Below are positions 55,328 through 64,000 of a stretch of DNA of 64,000 nucleotides, in pieces; position 1 is the first letter of the stretch, and the number at the start of each line of letters is the position of its first letter. This DNA is from the human T2T-CHM13v2.0 reference genome, Homo sapiens: assembly GCF_009914755.1 (NCBI RefSeq), contig NC_060929.1; one strand, 5' to 3'. The position numbers were made by a program, and so were the translations under genes. A model generated the notes under the pieces. That model was not told the DNA's origin and did no database searches. It was given only the letters and a program-made list of their open reading frames with translations.

Positions 55328-56225
55328 ATTCATTCATTCAAAAAATATTTGTTGAACTTCTACAATGTAAGGCATCATGTTAAATGTGAGATCTAGAGTT
55401 GTATCAGTGAGATATATTGAGTTCATGACCTCTTGAGAATTATGTTTTTTTGTGGGAAAGAGAAACGTTAGACAATTAAACAAATAAATATGTAATTATA
55501 CATTCAGAAAAAGTGTATGAAGATAGATAACACATCTTAATAGTATACAGTAACAGTACTAGAGCAGGGCAGATGTATAGCTCTACTAGGTGTCCGGGAA
55601 GGACCTCTGGAGAAGTAACATTTCAGCCGAGACCTACCAGGTGCCAAGGAGGCAGTTTCCAGAAAAGCCGAGGGAAGAGCCTTCCAAGCAGTGGAAATAC
55701 AGAGTGTAAGGGATGTATGACTGGAATACTCTAGGGAAATCCTGGAAAATTAAGAAGATCCAGGGTGACTGGGGCATCATGGCTTGGGATGAGATAGGGA
55801 AGATAGCCAGGCAGATCATAAGGCAAAAGGATGCAAAATTTTCTTCTCCATTCAATGGGAAACCATTGAAGGCTTTTAAGAAGGGAGATGAATTAATTCC
55901 AAATGAGAGTCTAAAGAGGACTCAATGGCAGAGCAACACTGGAGTTGGGCTGTGGAGGAGGAATATTATCAACAAAAGTAGAGAGTGATATACCAAAAAG
56001 AAGTAGACAATGTGAAAAAAGGCACAGAGTCCAGGAACCACCAAATTGGTGTCCAGATTGGTGAGTTAGTCTGTGCCCCTGAGAGAAGTGTGCATGCTGA
56101 CAGTGCAGGGTGGAAGTAAATTCTGAAAGTTGCCCTTGGAGTTAGACTGTTGGACATGAAGTTCGAGTTTCTATAGACAGTGGGGAGTCATAGCATTGAG
56201 GGTCATAAGACTGACAAATGGAATA
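55328..56225 (-). mobile_element. L2 fragment
   Basis: ttcattcattcaaaaaatatttgttga (L2 3' end) and aatgggaaaccattgaaggcttttaag. Confidence 0.75.
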
Positions 56226-56798
56226 AGAGACCTAATTTATACTTCTCTTTTGTGCTTTCTTATTTTTATGGATTGGTTTGTGAGTACTCCTTGGCTCTTC
56301 TCAGACCAAACCCAGTGATAACACAGCCAGAAGGACAGGTTAGGGTTTTTTATAAAAGCAAAGCAAACAAACACAACCTTTGAAGCTTGCAATATTGAAG
56401 AGATTCATTTTCCTATGTTGCTAATGCTTTGTATTATGATTACTGTTATAAATTAAGTAGTTATTCTCAAAAAGCCTCAGACTTCTACGTTTTGGCTGGC
56501 ACTAGATAAGGCTGATCAATACTCTGGACAAATATGTAGCTTTTCTATTTACTCAACAAGAATTTTTGAAAAAAACCCGTCTTTTCATAACATTGTCATT
56601 TTTGCCATGTTTAAAAGTTCAAGTAAATATCCAAACTTACTGCAACTGAATGGGGCTTTATCCTCTGTTTGGACAAAATACCAATATGGCTGTGAGACTG
56701 GTGTCTTCTGCTCTCATGATAGGAGCATGTGAAACTGCAGAGAAGATTTCTGAAATGTTATTTTGTGACTGTGAGCCATATTATTGTAATTGTTAGAA

Positions 56799-58301
56799 TT
56801 ATTATTTATTATACTTTAAGTTCTAGGGTACATGTGCACAATGTGCAGGTTTGATACATAGGTATATGTGTGCCATGTTGGTTTGCTGCACCCATTAACT
56901 CGTCATTTACATTAGGTATTTCTTCTAATGCTATCCCTCCCCCAGCCCCCCATCCCTCAACAGGCCCTGGTGTGTGATGTTCCCTGCCCTGTGTCCAAGT
57001 GATCTTATTGTTCAGTTCCCACCTAGGAGTGAGAACATGCGGTGTTCGGTTCTCTGTCCTTGTGATAGTTTGCTGAGAATGATGGTTTCCAGCTTCATCC
57101 ATGTCCCTGCAAAGGACATGAACTCATCCTTTTTTATGGCTACATAGTATTCCATGGTGTATATGTGCCACATTTTCTTAATCCAGTCTATCATTGATGG
57201 ACATTTGGGTTGGTTCCAAGTCTTTGTTATTGTGAATAGTGCCGCAGTAAACATACGTGTGCATGTGTCTTTATAGTAGCATGATTTATAATCCTTGGGG
57301 TATATACCCAGTAATGAGATTGCTGGGTCAAACGGTATTTCTAGTTCTAGATCCTTGAGGAATCCCCACACTGTCTTCCATGGTGGTTGAACTAATTTAC
57401 ACTCCCAACAACAGTGTAAGTGCATTCCTATTTCCTCACATCCTCTTCAGCATCTGTTGTTTCCTGACTTTTTAATGATTGCCATTCTAACTGGCATGAG
57501 ATGGTATCTCATTGTGGTTTTGATTTGCATTACTCTGATGGCCAGTGATGATGAGCATTTTTTCATGTGTTTGTTGGCTGCATAAATGTCTTCTTTTGAG
57601 AAATTTCTGTTCATATCCTTTGCCCACTTTTTGATGGGGTTGTTTGTTTTTTTCTTGTAAATTTGTTTGAGTTCTCTGTAGATTCTGGATATTAGCCCTT
57701 TGTCAGATGGGTAGATTGCAAAAATTTTTTCCCATTTTGTAGGTTGTCTGTTGACTCTGATGGTAGTTTCTTTTGCTGTGCAGAGGCTCTTTAGTTTAGT
57801 TAGATCCCATTTGTCTATTTTGGGTTTTTTTGCCACTGCTTTTGTGTTTTAGACATGAAGTCCTTGCCCATGCCTATGTCCTGAATGGTATTGCCTAGGT
57901 TTTCTTCTAGGGTGTTTATGGTTTTAGGTTTAACATTTTAGTCTTTAATCCATCTTGAATTAATTTTTATATAAGGTGTAAGGAAGGGATCCAGTTTCAG
58001 CTTTCTACATATGGCTAGCCAGTTTTCCCAGTACCATTTATTAAATAGGAAATCCTTTTCCCATTTCTTGTTTTTGTCAGGTTTGTCAAAGATCAGATGG
58101 TTGTAGATGTGTGGTGTTATTTCTGAGGTGTCTGTTCTGTTCCATTGGTCTATATCTCTGTTTTGGTACCAGTACCATGCTGTTTTTTACTGTAGCCTTG
58201 TAGTATAGTTTGAAGTCAGGTAGCGTGATGCCTCCAGCTTTGTTCTTTTGGCTTAGGATTGTCTTGGCAATGTGGGCCCTTTTTTGGTTCCACATGAACT
58301 T

Positions 58302-58303
<2 letters not shown>
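56799..58303 (-). mobile_element. Older L1PA (about L1PA5-7, L1PA6-like), 3' part; host of the L1HS insertion
   Basis: L1 3'UTR with ancestral GAG (ctc) instead of ACA. Broken ORF2 fragments at 57012-57425, 57447-57836 and 58086-58295. Ends at ...atgaacttta. Confidence 0.9.
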
Positions 58304-58339
<36 letters not shown>

Positions 58340-58542
58340 TATACTCTAAGTTTTAGGGTACATGTGCACATTGTGCAGGTTAGTTACATATGTATACATG
58401 TGCCATGCTGGTGCGCTGCACCCACTAATGTGTCATCTAGCATTAGGTATATCTCCCAATGCTATCCCTCCCCCCTCCCCCGACCCCACCACAGTCCCCA
58501 GAGTGTGATATTCCCCTTCCTGTGTCCATGTGATCTCATTGT

Positions 58543-62394
<3,852 letters not shown>

Positions 62395-62433
62395 TCATTA
62401 GTTGATGCAGTTTCTTCCTAGTCTCGATGGTCT

Positions 62434-63227
62434 TTACATTTTGGCATGATTTTGCAGCGGCTGGTACCGGTTGTTCCTTTCCATGATTAGCGCTTCCTTC
62501 AGGAGCTCTTTTAGGGCAGGCCTGGTGGTGACAAAATCTCTCAACATTTGCTTGTCTATAAAGTATTTTATTTCTCCTTCACTTATGAAGCTTAGTTTGG
62601 CTGGATATGAAATTCTGGGTTGAAAATTCTTTTCTTTAAGAATGTTGAATATTGGCCCCCACTCTCTTCTGGCTTGTAGGGTTTCTGCCGAGAGATCCGC
62701 TGTTAGTCTGATGGGCTTTCCTTTGAGGGTAACCCGACCTTTCTCTCTGGCTGCCCTTAACATTTTTTCCTTCATTTCAACTTTGGTGAATCTGACAATT
62801 ATGTGTCTTGGAGTTGCTCTTCTCGAGGAGTATCTTTGTGGCGTTCTCTGTATTTCCTGAATCTGAACGTTGGCCTGCCTTGCTAGATTGGGGAAGTTCT
62901 CCTGGATAATATCCTGCAGAGTGTTTTCCAACTTGGTTCCATTCTCCACATCACTTTCAGGTACACCAATCAGACGTAGATTTGGTCTTTTCACATAGTC
63001 CCATATTTCTTGGAGGCTTTGCTCATTTCTTTTTATTCTTTTTTCTCTAAACTTCCCTTCTCGCTTCATTTCATTCATTTCATCTTCCATTGCTGATACC
63101 CTTTCTTCCAGTTGATCGCATCGGCTCCTGAGGCTTCTGCATTCTTCACGTAGTTCTCGAGCCTTGGTTTTCAGCTCCATCAGCTCCTTTAAGCACTTCT
63201 CTGTATTGGTTATTCTAGTTATACATT
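62434..63227 (-). pseudogene. LINE-1 ORF1, N-terminally truncated (open from the internal Met, 248 aa)
   Basis: MELKTKARELREEC to QPLQNHAKM matches the C-terminal 248 aa of ORF1p, with REKG, ARR and YPAKLS motifs intact. A 63-nt spacer separates it from ORF2. The first ~75 codons are missing. Confidence 0.93.
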
Positions 63228-63233
63228 GGAAAA

Positions 63234-64000
<767 letters not shown>

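Noticed and set aside
58465-58499. G-quadruplex-forming tract on the - strand
   Set aside because: Standard L1HS 3'UTR polypurine tract.

Overview
Primate (human-like) AT-rich, CpG-poor non-coding DNA, either intergenic or intronic, dominated by interspersed repeats. I recognise no host gene exon, CpG island or RNA gene, and I cannot name the locus. The only real long ORF is an intact 1275-aa LINE-1 ORF2. It belongs to a young, 5'-truncated (~4.9 kb) L1HS Ta-1 element inserted in the same orientation inside an older L1PA element. That insertion has no normal target-site duplication and carries a snap-back inverted repeat at its 5' junction. Other content: a complete THE1C-like MaLR provirus with a perfect TSD; solo THE1, MST and MLT2A LTRs, several carrying DUX4-type motifs; five Alus; hAT MITEs; old L1M/L2/L3/MIR fragments; microsatellites; and a ~300-bp local duplication with microhomology junctions. 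Repeat subfamilies are assigned from remembered consensus sequences, and the boundaries of old repeats are approximate. I found no evidence of a wholly new biological system; the notable signals are mechanistic scars of retrotransposition and DNA repair.
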